Shown here piece after piece: positions 1 to 9,741 of a DNA stretch of 64,000 nucleotides. How positions within the stretch are numbered: the first letter of the stretch is position 1; every line of letters starts with the position of its first letter. The stretch is from Acidimicrobiia bacterium (GTDB taxonomy: Bacteria > Actinomycetota > Acidimicrobiia > Spongiisociales > ZC4RG35). Below the pieces are notes generated by a model, which was not told the origin of the DNA, made no database searches, and was given only the letters and a program-made list of their open reading frames with translations. The stretch covers positions 341,863-405,862 of the forward strand of contig OZ244034.1 in the NCBI GenBank assembly GCA_965215185.1, written 5' to 3'. The position numbers were made by a program, and so were the translations under genes.

Positions 1-272
1 CATTCGACGACTACCTCCTTCCCGAGGCGGTGCTGGGATTCCGGCAGGGCGCCGGTCGACTGATCCGCTCCCCCCGTGATCGAGGGGTATTGGTGGTGAT
101 GGACAAACGCCTGGGCTTTGCCCGCTATGCCTCCGCTTTCCTGGACAGCCTCACCGGCTCCCCTCCGGTGTTGAAAGCCGCCCTGCCCAATCAGTGTTAT
201 CAGGCCATTGCCCGACACTTGGGGGCGGAAACGGGTGCGATCAAATCGGACGGCGACGCCGGGAGGAAATGA
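1..272 (+). CDS. C-terminal end of an ATP-dependent DinG/XPD-like helicase (partial; gene starts upstream of window)
   Basis: The translation '...GFRQGAGRLIRSPRDRGVLVVMDKRLGFARYASAFLDSL' matches the helicase motif VI region 'QGxGRLIRxxxDxGvvvilDxR' of DinG-family proteins. The ORF runs open to the window edge. Confidence 0.4.
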   Translation, partial: FDDYLLPEAVLGFRQGAGRLIRSPRDRGVLVVMDKRLGFARYASAFLDSLTGSPPVLKAALPNQCYQAIARHLGAETGAIKSDGDAGRK

Positions 273-744
273 CGCCGGTATTGAAGCCGGCACAGTGCAG
301 TCCGCCGGCGAACCGGGCGTGCTCTATTTTCAGGCAGCGATCCTGCACAACTTGCATTCCTGCCTCTCGGGCGCGCCGGGCGGCTTCCTCGTGGCGAAGC
401 CCCAACTGGAACCAGACCACCTTGGCGCCGACTTCGATAGCCTCCTCCACCACTGCGGGGAGTTGATCCTGGCGGCGGAACACGTCGACGATGTCGGGAG
501 GCTCGGGAAGGTCGGCCAGGCTCGGGAAGGTGGGGATCCCCAGCACTTCGGAGTAGGCGGGGTTGACCGGGCGAACTATGTAGGGGGTGCGGACCAGGTA
601 GGTGGCCACGAAATTAGAAGAGCGAAGCGGATTGGCGGAGACCCCCACCAACGCCACGCTGCGCGCTCGGCGGAGTATGGCTAACCGCTCGGCGGCGGTG
701 GCGTCGTGAGCAAACTCAGACACGGGCGGCCTCCGACAGCGCAC
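241..744 (-). CDS. CoA-binding domain protein (YccU-like)
   Basis: 167 aa with a Rossmann-like 'SVALVGVSANPLRSSNFVATYL' N-terminus typical of CoA-binding (succinyl-CoA-synthetase-like) small proteins. Its start overlaps the metY stop region. Confidence 0.55.
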   Translation of the reverse strand: MRCRRPPVSEFAHDATAAERLAILRRARSVALVGVSANPLRSSNFVATYLVRTPYIVRPVNPAYSEVLGIPTFPSLADLPEPPDIVDVFRRQDQLPAVVEEAIEVGAKVVWFQLGLRHEEAARRAREAGMQVVQDRCLKIEHARFAGGLHCAGFNTGVISSRRRRPI

Positions 745-2125
745 CGTCCAAGTCGGCCAGAATGTCCTCGATGTCTTCCAATCCCACTGAGATGCGGATG
801 GTATCGTCCCCCACGCCTGCCGCGGCTCGGGCTTCGGGAGAGACCTGTTGGTGGGTGGTGGAGGCGGGATGGATCACCAGCGTCTTGGTATCGCCCACAT
901 TGGCCAGGTGACTGGCAAGGCGTACCGACTCGATGAAGCGCACGCCCGCCGCGTAACCCTTGTTGAGCCCGAAGGTGAACACGGCGCCCGGGCCAGCCGG
1001 GGTGTATTTTTCGACGAGTTCCCTCCCCGGACTGTCGGGAAATATCGGATAGCTCACCCACGACACGGCTGGATGCTCAGCCAAGAAGACCGCAACCTCC
1101 CGGGCGTTTTGGACATGACGTTCCATCCGCAGGGACAGGGTCTCCAGCCCCAATAGCAAGAAGAAAGAGTTGAAAGGGGAGATGGCGGCGCCCACGTCGC
1201 GCAGCAACTCGGCGCGTGCCTTGGTGAGGTAGGCGTATTCGCGGAAATTCTCCCAGAAGCGCAGGCCGTGATAGGCGGGGGAAGGGTCGGTCAACACCCC
1301 GAACCGGCCGTTGTCCCACGGGAAAAGGCCCGACTCCACGATCACTCCCGCGATCACCACCCCATGTCCACCGATGAATTTGGTGGCCGAGTGGACCACT
1401 ACGTCCGCTCCCCACTCGAAGGGCCGGCATAGCCAGGGGGAGGCGAAGGTGTTGTCGATCATCAGGGGGATCCCGTGGTGGTGGGCGAGCTCTGCGATCG
1501 GCTCGATGTCCAAGATATCCCCTCGGGGATTGCCGATCGTTTCTCCGTACACCAGCTTGGTTCGATCGGTTATGGCCTCTTCGATGTTCTCCAACCGGGA
1601 GGCGTCCACGAAGGTGGTGTGGATTCCCATGCGCCGAAGCGTGACGTCGAATTGGGTGATGGTGCCGCCATACAGGTTGCGGGCTGCCACGATCTCATCG
1701 CCTTCTTGACAGAGCGTGAGCACCGCCACCAACTGGGCAGCCTGTCCCGAAGCGGTGGCCAGTCCCCCCAAACCGCCTTCGAGCGAGGCTATCCGCTCCT
1801 CAAAGGCGGCGGTGGTGGGGTTGCTGATCCGTGTGTAGATGTCCCCGTAGTTCTGGAGAGCAAACAGGTCGGCAGCCGACTGAGCGTCCTCGAAGACGAA
1901 GGAACTGGTGGCGTAGATGGGCATGGCTCGGGCCCCGGTCTCGGGGTCGGGTCGTTGTCCGGCGTGTATGGAGCGGGTGGCAAAACCCGCCAAGTATTCA
2001 GAAAAGGCCACGGGCCGGAGTTTAGGGACTTTCGCCCACCCCCGACCCGCGGCTGGGGCGGTTGATTGGCTACTGGTCGTTGTGGCTGGCCACCGGGTTC
2101 TTACGAGGCCGGGACGAGGCCGCAA
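716..2125 (-). CDS. metY: O-acetylhomoserine aminocarboxypropyltransferase / sulfhydrylase (PLP-dependent)
   Basis: The 469-aa ORF has 'SIHAGQ...', 'SATKFIGGHG' (PLP-lysine region) and 'DNTFASP' motifs of the Cys/Met-metabolism PLP family. The first ~30 codons are probably an over-extension; the true start is likely near 'VAFSEYLAGFATRSIHAG'. Confidence 0.85.
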   Translation of the reverse strand: MRPRPGLVRTRWPATTTSSQSTAPAAGRGWAKVPKLRPVAFSEYLAGFATRSIHAGQRPDPETGARAMPIYATSSFVFEDAQSAADLFALQNYGDIYTRISNPTTAAFEERIASLEGGLGGLATASGQAAQLVAVLTLCQEGDEIVAARNLYGGTITQFDVTLRRMGIHTTFVDASRLENIEEAITDRTKLVYGETIGNPRGDILDIEPIAELAHHHGIPLMIDNTFASPWLCRPFEWGADVVVHSATKFIGGHGVVIAGVIVESGLFPWDNGRFGVLTDPSPAYHGLRFWENFREYAYLTKARAELLRDVGAAISPFNSFFLLLGLETLSLRMERHVQNAREVAVFLAEHPAVSWVSYPIFPDSPGRELVEKYTPAGPGAVFTFGLNKGYAAGVRFIESVRLASHLANVGDTKTLVIHPASTTHQQVSPEARAAAGVGDDTIRISVGLEDIEDILADLDGALSEAARV

Positions 2126-2351
2126 CCGGGATGTTGAGAATCAGAACGCCGTTTTCATAGCTGCTGGTCGTCTCTGAAATGTCGAGGTCGTTTCCAATTA
2201 CGAACTTGCGGCGAAAGCTCCCACTGGGGCGTTCCACGAAGAAAACGCGAGCGTTCTCCGGGCGGGCGCTGGCGGTGTCCCTATGGGCGGAGACGGTGAG
2301 GGTGTTCTTGGACACCTCCACATCAATCAACTCGGGGTCCATCCCCGGCAT
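2070..2351 (-). CDS. Hsp20/alpha-crystallin small heat-shock protein, N-terminally truncated or with a non-ATG start
   Basis: Alpha-crystallin-domain motifs are present: 'DVEVSKNTLTVSAHRD', 'ERPSGSFRRKFVIGNDLD', 'ENGVLILNIPV'. An in-frame TGA lies only ~21 codons upstream of the first Met, so the N-terminal arm seems to be missing. Confidence 0.5.
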   Translation of the reverse strand: MPGMDPELIDVEVSKNTLTVSAHRDTASARPENARVFFVERPSGSFRRKFVIGNDLDISETTSSYENGVLILNIPVAASSRPRKNPVASHNDQ

Positions 2352-2442
2352 GAACCAGAGAAGTGAGACTTCTCTCTTCCCTGAAATGGATCGATTGAGG
2401 CAGTCGCTGTTGCCTCAGGAAGAAAACAGAAGCAATGTGGGT

Positions 2443-3018
2443 TCAGCGGGGGATGGTGGTGTGTTTGTATTCGTTAAGCCGGTTCCAGGAGAGGAGATCG
2501 AGAGCCCGATCGAGGTCGTCCAGGCGGCCTTGCTCCATGAAGCGGATGAACACGGCCTGATCTTCGGTTATGAAGGTGGGTACCCCGAAGGCCATCCAAT
2601 CTTCAACACTTTTCATGTGTTCCCCGGCGATCTTGCATAGGGGCTCCCCGGTAGCGACCACCCTCGCCACTGCGTCGGGGTCGCATCCGGCGCTGGCCAC
2701 TGCATCTGCCAGCACCGCGGTGTCCTTGAGATCGAGTCCATGGTCGTGTCGGGCCGCGAACAGGGCAAGGTGGGCTTCTCCGAACTGCTGCGGCCAGTGG
2801 TCGCGGATAGCCACCCCCCATTGCAGGGCTTCGAGGCCCGACTGTCCCGCAGGGTTGTACCAGACTGCTGTGTCTTCCTCGCTGGTGTGGGCCTGGGCGA
2901 GGGAGAAGGCCAGGAAGTCGACTTTCCAGGGTCTGCCCTCCTGCAGACCTCTCACCACCGCTTCATGAGCGTTGCGGGCAAAGGGGCAAAGGTAGTCGAA
3001 GGTGATTCCGAATTTCAT
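2443..3018 (-). CDS. DsbA-like thioredoxin-fold protein
   Basis: The N-terminal 'KFGITFDYLCPFA' resembles the DSBA/2-hydroxychromene-2-carboxylate isomerase family active-site region. 191 aa. Confidence 0.45.
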   Translation of the reverse strand: MKFGITFDYLCPFARNAHEAVVRGLQEGRPWKVDFLAFSLAQAHTSEEDTAVWYNPAGQSGLEALQWGVAIRDHWPQQFGEAHLALFAARHDHGLDLKDTAVLADAVASAGCDPDAVARVVATGEPLCKIAGEHMKSVEDWMAFGVPTFITEDQAVFIRFMEQGRLDDLDRALDLLSWNRLNEYKHTTIPR

Positions 3019-3033
3019 CTCTTTGGTTCTCCT

Positions 3034-4272
3034 TCAATCCCACACGTAGGGTTCGGGTACGAATCCGGGGTTGAAACGTCCTATTTCGGCTCTTGCCACC
3101 GCCCGCTTGTGCACTTCGTCAGGTCCGTCGGCCATCTGTAGCCAGCGGCCCATAGCGTAAAATGAGGCGAGAGGGAAATGGTCGGTGAAGCCTGCCCCTC
3201 CGAACACCTGAATGGCCCGGTCGGCCACATAGCAGAGGGTCTCGGGCACCACCACCTTGATGGCTGAGATCTCCACCCGGGCTGCTTTAACTCCCACCTT
3301 GTCGATCATCCACGCGGTCTTCAATACCAGTAGCCTGGCCTGCTCGATCCTCATGCGCGACTCGGCAATCCATTCCCGGACCACACCCTGTTGGGCGACG
3401 GTCTTCCGGAAGGCGGTCCGTGCCTTGGCGCGGCTTACCATCATGGCAAAGCACCGTTCGGCTGCTCCGATGGCCCGCATGCAATGGTGGATACGCCCCG
3501 GTCCCAGTCGGGCTTGGGCTATGGCAAAACCCGATCCCTCCGATCCCAAGAGGTTCTCGGCCGGCACCCGCACCCGGTTGTAGTGGATGGTGACGTGGCC
3601 CCCTCGGTGCTGATATCCGTACACAGTGGGAGTTTCTTCGATTATCACTCCCGGGCTGTCCAGTGGTACCAGGATCATGCTTTGCCGCCGATAGGGATCG
3701 GCGTCGGGATCGGTGACTCCCATCACAATGGCCACCTTGGCCCGCGGAGAGGCGCCGCCCGAGGAGAACCACTTACGTCCCCTGATCACATAGTGATCCC
3801 CATCTCTTTCAATGCGGGTGCGGATATTGCGGGCGTCGCTGGAGGCGACATCGGGCTCGGTCATCGAAAAGATCGAGCGGATCTTTCCGTCCAGCAATGG
3901 GTGTAGCCAGCGTTCCTGCTGATAAGGGGTTCCGAACATGTGGAGTATCTCCATGTTTCCCGTGTCCGGCGCCGAGCAGTTGATGGCCTCGGGAGCGATT
4001 TCGGGGCTGTGTCCGGTTATCTCGGCCAGGGGAGCGTATTCGGAGACGGTAAGCCCTCCACCCAATTCGGAATCGGGCAGGAACAGGTTCCACAGTCCCT
4101 GGGCGCGGGCTGCTGATTTGAGGTCCTCTATGACCTGGGGATGGTGATGAGGATTGCCGGAGTCCTTGATCTGTTGTTCATACAGAGGTTCTGACGGGAT
4201 CACCCGCTCCTCGACAAATGTCGAGAGTTTTTTTCGGAGGGCCTCAACCTTTGGTGTGTAAGCAAAATCCAT
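3034..4272 (-). CDS. acyl-CoA dehydrogenase
   Basis: 412 aa with ACAD middle-domain 'DGDHYVIRGRKWFSSG' and a C-terminal 'QVFGGAGF' FAD/CoA region. Confidence 0.8.
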   Translation of the reverse strand: MDFAYTPKVEALRKKLSTFVEERVIPSEPLYEQQIKDSGNPHHHPQVIEDLKSAARAQGLWNLFLPDSELGGGLTVSEYAPLAEITGHSPEIAPEAINCSAPDTGNMEILHMFGTPYQQERWLHPLLDGKIRSIFSMTEPDVASSDARNIRTRIERDGDHYVIRGRKWFSSGGASPRAKVAIVMGVTDPDADPYRRQSMILVPLDSPGVIIEETPTVYGYQHRGGHVTIHYNRVRVPAENLLGSEGSGFAIAQARLGPGRIHHCMRAIGAAERCFAMMVSRAKARTAFRKTVAQQGVVREWIAESRMRIEQARLLVLKTAWMIDKVGVKAARVEISAIKVVVPETLCYVADRAIQVFGGAGFTDHFPLASFYAMGRWLQMADGPDEVHKRAVARAEIGRFNPGFVPEPYVWD

Positions 4273-4510
4273 ATCCCTGATACATTATCGGGAATTAGGG
4301 GTGACCCGACCCGTCACGGGCCACTGGAGAATGTCAGGAGGAAGCTCTAAAGGGAGGCTTGGAGTGTGGTGTTACCGGGTTTTGGAGGGGGATGCGTATT
4401 TCTACGCGTAAATTGTTGAGGTTCCACCGGCAAAGCTGCTGACCAGCCTGCCCGTGGAACCTTGATGAATCCGCCGGTACTGTCCTCTCAGGGAGGAGAG
4501 GGCCGCGCAG

Positions 4511-5167
4511 TTAGTCCTGCTTGGGAATGATCTTATCCCACCACCTTCGCGCGGCGGGGATACCGCCCACGCCGAAGGCGATGGCAAGGGATACCCCCAC
4601 TGTGCCGACGATGGCGATGAACAGGGTGTTTACGATCTCCTCGGCGATGTTCAGGGTGTTCAGAGCAGCAAGTGCACCGAAGCCGACCACCATCCAGCGC
4701 GCCACTTCGGGCAGCCAGCGTATGCTGTGATCCTGTGACCAAGGAGTCGAAACCTCGGCGATAAAAGCGCCGATGGCCGCGGCCACGATCACAATGATGA
4801 TCGCCACCACTATCAAAGGCAGATAGGAGATAAGCGCAGTCAGCAGGTCGCTCAGGTTATCCACTTCCAGCGTTTGTGCGGCGAGCAGCAGCACCACCAG
4901 CAAGGTGGCCCAGTAGATAACGCGGGCTACCAGATCCGTGGCGGTGATGCCGGCGGCCTTGATCCGCTCAGCGAGCCCCGCACGTTCCAGTATCCGGTCC
5001 AAGCCGACCCCCTGCAGAAGCCGGGCAGCCCCCCGGTGGATGACCCGGGCGGCTATCCAACCAACAAAGAGAATTAAGAGGGCCCCTAAGAACTTGGGGA
5101 CGAATGTGATGACATCTTGCCATGCCTCTTCAAGGCCGTCTGAGATGCCATCAAGAAAGTCACTCAT
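4511..5167 (-). CDS. membrane protein with conserved TM-helix repeats (mechanosensitive-channel-associated family)
   Basis: 218 aa with several hydrophobic helices and repeated 'LxxLLxAL..YLPL/IVxAI' units typical of the PF05552-like TM_helix repeat. Confidence 0.4.
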   Translation of the reverse strand: MSDFLDGISDGLEEAWQDVITFVPKFLGALLILFVGWIAARVIHRGAARLLQGVGLDRILERAGLAERIKAAGITATDLVARVIYWATLLVVLLLAAQTLEVDNLSDLLTALISYLPLIVVAIIIVIVAAAIGAFIAEVSTPWSQDHSIRWLPEVARWMVVGFGALAALNTLNIAEEIVNTLFIAIVGTVGVSLAIAFGVGGIPAARRWWDKIIPKQD

Positions 5168-5442
5168 CAGAGAGCAATCCTTTCGATAGTGGGGAAACGC
5201 CTTACTGGGTTCCCCTGTAACAGATACCTATTCATTGTAGTTGCCAAGGATCCTGTCAGGCGTCGATGTTGCGTTTCCTTGCTGTGGGCCGACCCGCCTC
5301 CCGGAGTGGATGCGATTAGGAGGACCATGACCAACATTTGGAACAATGTGGTCGTGGCTGAGGGATTCCGAGTCGAAACGTCTTGAACCGAAACCGGAAG
5401 AGTCGCGCTTTTGGAAGTTCAAGGTGATCCGTAAGGAAAGGC

Positions 5443-6276
5443 TTATTGGTTCAAATGGTCTGGACGATGGTCGCGACCTGAGGGAGGAGGATGGAGTAGA
5501 AAGTGCTCGGAGGGGGGTGGAGCCATGGGAGGACGGGGCTTCGGCGTGACCGCCAGGAGACGTCGCACTTCCATGATGAGCATGTAGACGGCAAACAAAC
5601 CGGCTATCGGGAAGTCCAGGCGAAAAGCCAGCAGTGCGGCGGCCGTCGACGAACATAGGAAAAACACGTTGGTGATTCTGTCGGAGCGTCTCGGCCACAC
5701 CACATCAATGACTGCTTGAAAGATGTGGCCTCCGTCCAGGAGACGTACGGGTAGCCAATTGATCAGGCCCCAGCCCAGATTCACCCACACTATCCAGCCC
5801 AGGGTGAGAGAGAGCAGGTCTGTGCCGGGTCCTACCAGCTTCCACAGCGGGTAGGCGGCTGCGCCCACCACCAGCCCCAGTGCCGACCCGGCCGCGGCAA
5901 TAGCGGCTCGCCGAATGGGGGTGATCTGCCGGGCGCCGGGCTTCCAGGAGGTGAGACCCCCCAGGGCCCACAACTCCATGGACACCGTCGCTCCGAAACG
6001 CCGGGCCAACAGGGCGTGTCCCAGTTCATGGATGATCACCGACACCACCACCACCGCCACCCAGATTCCCAGCCTTCCGAGCAGCATTAGCGGGTCGACG
6101 GTGACGTTGCGGACCAGCGGCATCCCCAACAGACATATCACTATCACGAAGGAGAGCTTGACCCGAAGCGGGATGCCGAGCAGTCTCACGGTCACTGTGA
6201 TCCCCAATGATGGCTGGACGCTGAGGCTATACCAACCGGTTTGGTATGAGTAATCTTGCCGGTTGTGAGAAGCCAA
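5443..6276 (-). CDS. site-2 protease family (peptidase M50) membrane metalloprotease
   Basis: 'HELGHALLARRFG' HExxH zinc motif embedded in a TM helix, plus multiple other TM segments. The start codon is uncertain and may be downstream of the first Met. Confidence 0.65.
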   Translation of the reverse strand: MASHNRQDYSYQTGWYSLSVQPSLGITVTVRLLGIPLRVKLSFVIVICLLGMPLVRNVTVDPLMLLGRLGIWVAVVVVSVIIHELGHALLARRFGATVSMELWALGGLTSWKPGARQITPIRRAAIAAAGSALGLVVGAAAYPLWKLVGPGTDLLSLTLGWIVWVNLGWGLINWLPVRLLDGGHIFQAVIDVVWPRRSDRITNVFFLCSSTAAALLAFRLDFPIAGLFAVYMLIMEVRRLLAVTPKPRPPMAPPPSEHFLLHPPPSGRDHRPDHLNQ

Positions 6277-6407
6277 GCAATGGGAGGGCGTGGTCCCGGC
6301 CGGCCTGCAGGTGGCTGTCCGACCCGGTCACTCCCCAGCGTCATGAGCTACCGGTGGGTGAGGGAGGAATACTCATTACCGATAGAGATTTCAGGAGTAT
6401 TCCATTA

Positions 6408-7769
6408 ATGAGCCAGGATTTGACGTCACACCAGGATTTGCGGGATGCCGTAGCATCCTTTTTTCCTGATCTGGTTCAGGATCTAGCGGGATTGGTCGCC
6501 ATTCCTTCGATCAGCGCGTCCGGGTTCGACCCCGGTGAGGTGAGACGATCAGCGCAGGAATGTGCCCGTCTTTTGACCGAATCCGGGTACCAGGACGTCC
6601 GGTTGTTGGAGATAGAAGACGCCCATCCCGCCGTTTACGGTCATATTCCCGGCCCCGAAGGCGCCCCTGCCGTTCTCCTCTACGCCCATTATGATGTCCA
6701 GCCGGTCGGCGATCTCCAGGTGTGGGAGACCGATCCGTTCGATCCGGTGGTGAAGGGAGGCCGGATGTACGGTCGAGGGACATCCGACGACAAATGCGGA
6801 GTGATCGTTCATTCGGGTGCCGCCCGGGCCTTCGGCGGATCGCCGCCGGTGGGGATGAAAGTGTTTCTGGAGGGCGAGGAGGAGATCGGCTCGCCCAATC
6901 TGGCTGCCTTTTTGGATCGGTATGGGGATGAGTTGGCGGCCGATGTGGTGGTGATAGCTGACTCCAGCAATTGGGGAGTGGGGATTCCCGCCATCACCAC
7001 CTCGCTTCGGGGATTGGTGGGTTGTGTGGTGGAAGTGCGGACTGCTCGGGTGGGAGGACATTCAGGATCCTTCGGGGGCTTGTTTCCAGACGCATTGATC
7101 ACGCTGGCGCGCCTTCTGTCCACCCTTCACGACGATGAGGGAGCGGTGGCGGTGAAGGGACTGGTCCGAAACGAGGCTCCGGATCTGGAGGTACCGGTGG
7201 AGAAGCTGGCGCAGGAGTTGGGGGCCGTCGACGGTCTTCACACCATAGGAAGCGGTTCGGCCGCCTCTCGGCTGTGGACCAAGCCGGCCATCTCGGTGCT
7301 GGCGGTGGATGCCCCCCGGATGTCGGAGGCTATAAACCTGTTGGTCCCCGTGGCCCGGGCCAAGGTGAGCATGCGCATCGCCCCGGGTCAGGATCCCGCT
7401 TTGGCCAGCCAGGCCCTGCAGCGACATCTGATGCAATACTTGCCGTGGGGTGCGCAGTTGACGGTGAGTTTCGGGGAGGAGGCCGAGGGTTTCCTTCAGG
7501 TCTCCCAGCATGCGGCCATCGATGCCTGGCGTCAGGGTCTGGAGGTCGCCTGGGGTGTTTCTCCTGTTGAAATGGGGCAGGGTGGAACCATCCCTTTCCT
7601 GGCGTTCTTTGCCAAGAAGTTTCCCCAAGCTCCGCTGTTGCTGGCCGGCATCGGGGATCCCACCTCGGCGCATCATGCTCCCAACGAGAGCCAGGATCTG
7701 GGGGAACTGGAGAAAGTGATAGTGGCCGAGGCGGTGGCGCTGAGGATCCTGGGGACGGGTTCCCTCTAA
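6408..7769 (+). CDS. M20/M25/M40 family metallopeptidase (dipeptidase-like)
   Basis: 'YAHYDVQPV', '[10 protein letters not shown]' and 'EGEEEIGS' are M20 metal-binding signature regions. The ORF track starts at 6246, but that part overlaps the M50 gene, so the ATG at 6408 (MSQDLTSH...) is the more plausible start. Confidence 0.75.
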   Translation: MSQDLTSHQDLRDAVASFFPDLVQDLAGLVAIPSISASGFDPGEVRRSAQECARLLTESGYQDVRLLEIEDAHPAVYGHIPGPEGAPAVLLYAHYDVQPVGDLQVWETDPFDPVVKGGRMYGRGTSDDKCGVIVHSGAARAFGGSPPVGMKVFLEGEEEIGSPNLAAFLDRYGDELAADVVVIADSSNWGVGIPAITTSLRGLVGCVVEVRTARVGGHSGSFGGLFPDALITLARLLSTLHDDEGAVAVKGLVRNEAPDLEVPVEKLAQELGAVDGLHTIGSGSAASRLWTKPAISVLAVDAPRMSEAINLLVPVARAKVSMRIAPGQDPALASQALQRHLMQYLPWGAQLTVSFGEEAEGFLQVSQHAAIDAWRQGLEVAWGVSPVEMGQGGTIPFLAFFAKKFPQAPLLLAGIGDPTSAHHAPNESQDLGELEKVIVAEAVALRILGTGSL

Positions 7770-7771
7770 CC

Positions 7772-8431
7772 ATGCGGCTGGTGATCGCCGACTGCACGGT
7801 GGACTACCATGGGCGGCTCGACGCTCATCTTCCCCGCTCCCGGCGGCTGATCATGATCAAAGCGGATGGGTGCGTGGCGGTGCATGCCGACGGGGGCGCC
7901 TACAAACCCCTCAATTGGATGGCAGCCCCCAATAACTTGGAGGAAGGGGAAGGTCTTTGGCTGGTAACCAATCCCAAGGGGGAGAGATTGGAGATCACAA
8001 TCCATGAGGTGTGGTCAGATGACACCCATGACCTGGGGATCGACCCCGGCTTGGAGAAGGACGGGGTGGAAATGCATCTACAAGAGCTACTGGCGGAGAA
8101 TCCTGAAGTGATCGAGCAAGGCCTGAAGCTGATCCGCCGGGAATATCCCACCGCTATCGGACCCATCGATCTGCTGTGCGCCGATCCCGAAGGAGGCACG
8201 GTGGCGGTGGAGGTAAAGCGCCGGGGGGAGATATCGGGAGTGGAGCAGTTGACCAGGTACATAACCCAGCTGAGGCTGGATCCGAGGCTGACGCCGGTGC
8301 GTGGAGTGCTGGTGGCCACCTCTGTGACTCCCCAGGCGCGGGTGCTGGCCGAATCCCGTTTGCTGGGGGTGCGGGAAGTGGACTACCAGTTACTTCGCGA
8401 TCCGGATTCGGGAACGCCCCGGCTTTTTTGA
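7772..8431 (+). CDS. nucS: endonuclease NucS (EndoMS, mismatch-specific)
   Basis: 219 aa. '[21 protein letters not shown]...' plus the C-terminal RecB-like nuclease region '[20 protein letters not shown]' match actinobacterial NucS. Confidence 0.85.
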   Translation: MRLVIADCTVDYHGRLDAHLPRSRRLIMIKADGCVAVHADGGAYKPLNWMAAPNNLEEGEGLWLVTNPKGERLEITIHEVWSDDTHDLGIDPGLEKDGVEMHLQELLAENPEVIEQGLKLIRREYPTAIGPIDLLCADPEGGTVAVEVKRRGEISGVEQLTRYITQLRLDPRLTPVRGVLVATSVTPQARVLAESRLLGVREVDYQLLRDPDSGTPRLF

Positions 8432-8444
8432 CCATTACCATGGA

Positions 8445-8560
8445 GGGAGCAGACACGGGAGCTCGGTGAAATCGGGCTGAGAGGGAGGATTTGATCCTCC
8501 GACCGTTAGCACCTGATCCGGGTAATGCCGGCGAAGGAAGCTTTCGTTGGTCACAAACTT
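8445..8560 (+). ncRNA. TPP (THI-box) riboswitch upstream of the thiamine-type ABC substrate-binding protein
   Basis: Conserved THI-element cores are present: 'gggctgagag' (8474-8483) and 'acctgatccgggtaatgccggcgaaggaag' (8511-8540). The element sits in the leader of the 8606 gene, with an SD 'aaggag' ~15 nt before the ATG. Confidence 0.8.
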
Positions 8561-8605
8561 CGGGTTTCTCGGGGCTCCCCATCAAAGAAGTAAGGAGCGC
8601 CGTTC

Positions 8606-9637
8606 ATGTGCAGAAAACTGACGATTGGGATAATCATGCTCTCGCTGGCCCTGGCGGCCTGTGGCGGAGAGTCAGGTCCGCAGACTTTGACCATCATCAG
8701 TCACGACTCCTTTGCCGGAGGGGTGACCGAGGAGACATTTGCCGCATTCACCGCCGAAACCGGCATTGCGGTGAAGATGGTTCCGGCGGGAGACGCCGGT
8801 TCGCTGGTCAACCAGGCGATCCTGACCAAGGACAATCCCTTGGCGGATGTTCTCGTCGGCGTGGACGACACCTTCCTGTCCAGGGCCCTGGATGCCGACA
8901 TCTTCCGTCCTCACCGTTCCTCCTTGCTGGACAAGACGCCTGAGAACATCCGGCTTGACTCCGAATACCGAGTGACGCCCGTCGATTTCGGGGATGTATG
9001 CCTGAACTACGACCGGGATGTAATCGGGGATGCCGAGGCGCCCCGCAGCTTGGATGATTTGACCACCGCTGCGTTTCGCGGGCAGTTGGTGGTGGAGAGT
9101 CCGGCCACCTCGTCTCCGGGGTTGGCCTTTCTTCTGACCACCATCGCCGTCTACGGGGAAGAGGGCTGGAAGGATTACTGGCAAGCCTTGGTCGACAACG
9201 AAGTGGAAGTGGTGTCTGATTGGGACACGGCCTATTACGCTTCCTTTACCCGATACGGCGGTGACCGGCCCCTGGTGGTCTCCTATGCGTCGTCACCTCC
9301 GGCCGAGGTCATTTACGCCGATCCTCCCACCGATGTGGCGCCCACCGGTGTGGTGGTGGAGGGCTGCTATCGACAGATCGAGTTCGCTGGGATCCTGGAG
9401 GGGACCGATTATCCTACCGCCGCCGGGGAATTGATCGACTTTCTGCTGTCGGTGGAGTTTCAGGAGCAGATCCCTCTTACCTGGTTTGTCTTCCCAGCTA
9501 ACACCGAGGCTTCCCTGCCGCCCGAGTTTGTGGAGCACACCGCCCTGCCTGATCAGCCCTCTTCGCTGGATCCGGCGCTCATCGACGCCAATCGGGAGCG
9601 GTGGATACAGGAATGGACCCAACTGGTGCTGGGATGA
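8606..9637 (+). CDS. ABC transporter substrate-binding protein (thiamine/TbpA- or Fe3+-type family), lipoprotein
   Basis: 343 aa with a signal peptide and lipobox 'LALAAC'. The fold-family call rests on the TPP riboswitch context and SBP-type sequence. Confidence 0.7.
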   Translation: MCRKLTIGIIMLSLALAACGGESGPQTLTIISHDSFAGGVTEETFAAFTAETGIAVKMVPAGDAGSLVNQAILTKDNPLADVLVGVDDTFLSRALDADIFRPHRSSLLDKTPENIRLDSEYRVTPVDFGDVCLNYDRDVIGDAEAPRSLDDLTTAAFRGQLVVESPATSSPGLAFLLTTIAVYGEEGWKDYWQALVDNEVEVVSDWDTAYYASFTRYGGDRPLVVSYASSPPAEVIYADPPTDVAPTGVVVEGCYRQIEFAGILEGTDYPTAAGELIDFLLSVEFQEQIPLTWFVFPANTEASLPPEFVEHTALPDQPSSLDPALIDANRERWIQEWTQLVLG

Positions 9638-9741
9638 GGCGTCGGCGGGTCTTGAGTTTATTGGGTACGGCCAGAGCCGAATAGGACCTAGACGGTGCGA
9701 CGGATGCCGCCCGGTATGGTGACCCTGCGGGTGAGGGACCT

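Noticed and set aside
5191-5215. GGGGAAC...GTTCCCC hairpin as terminator of the M50 gene
   Set aside because: It lies 230 nt from the M50 stop, and the minus-strand tail is not U-rich. It may just be a 5' UTR structure of the downstream membrane-protein gene.
6246-6407. N-terminal extension of the M20 peptidase ORF
   Set aside because: It overlaps the 5' end of the convergent/adjacent M50 gene and has no peptidase homology. The ATG at 6408 gives a normal-length M20 protein.
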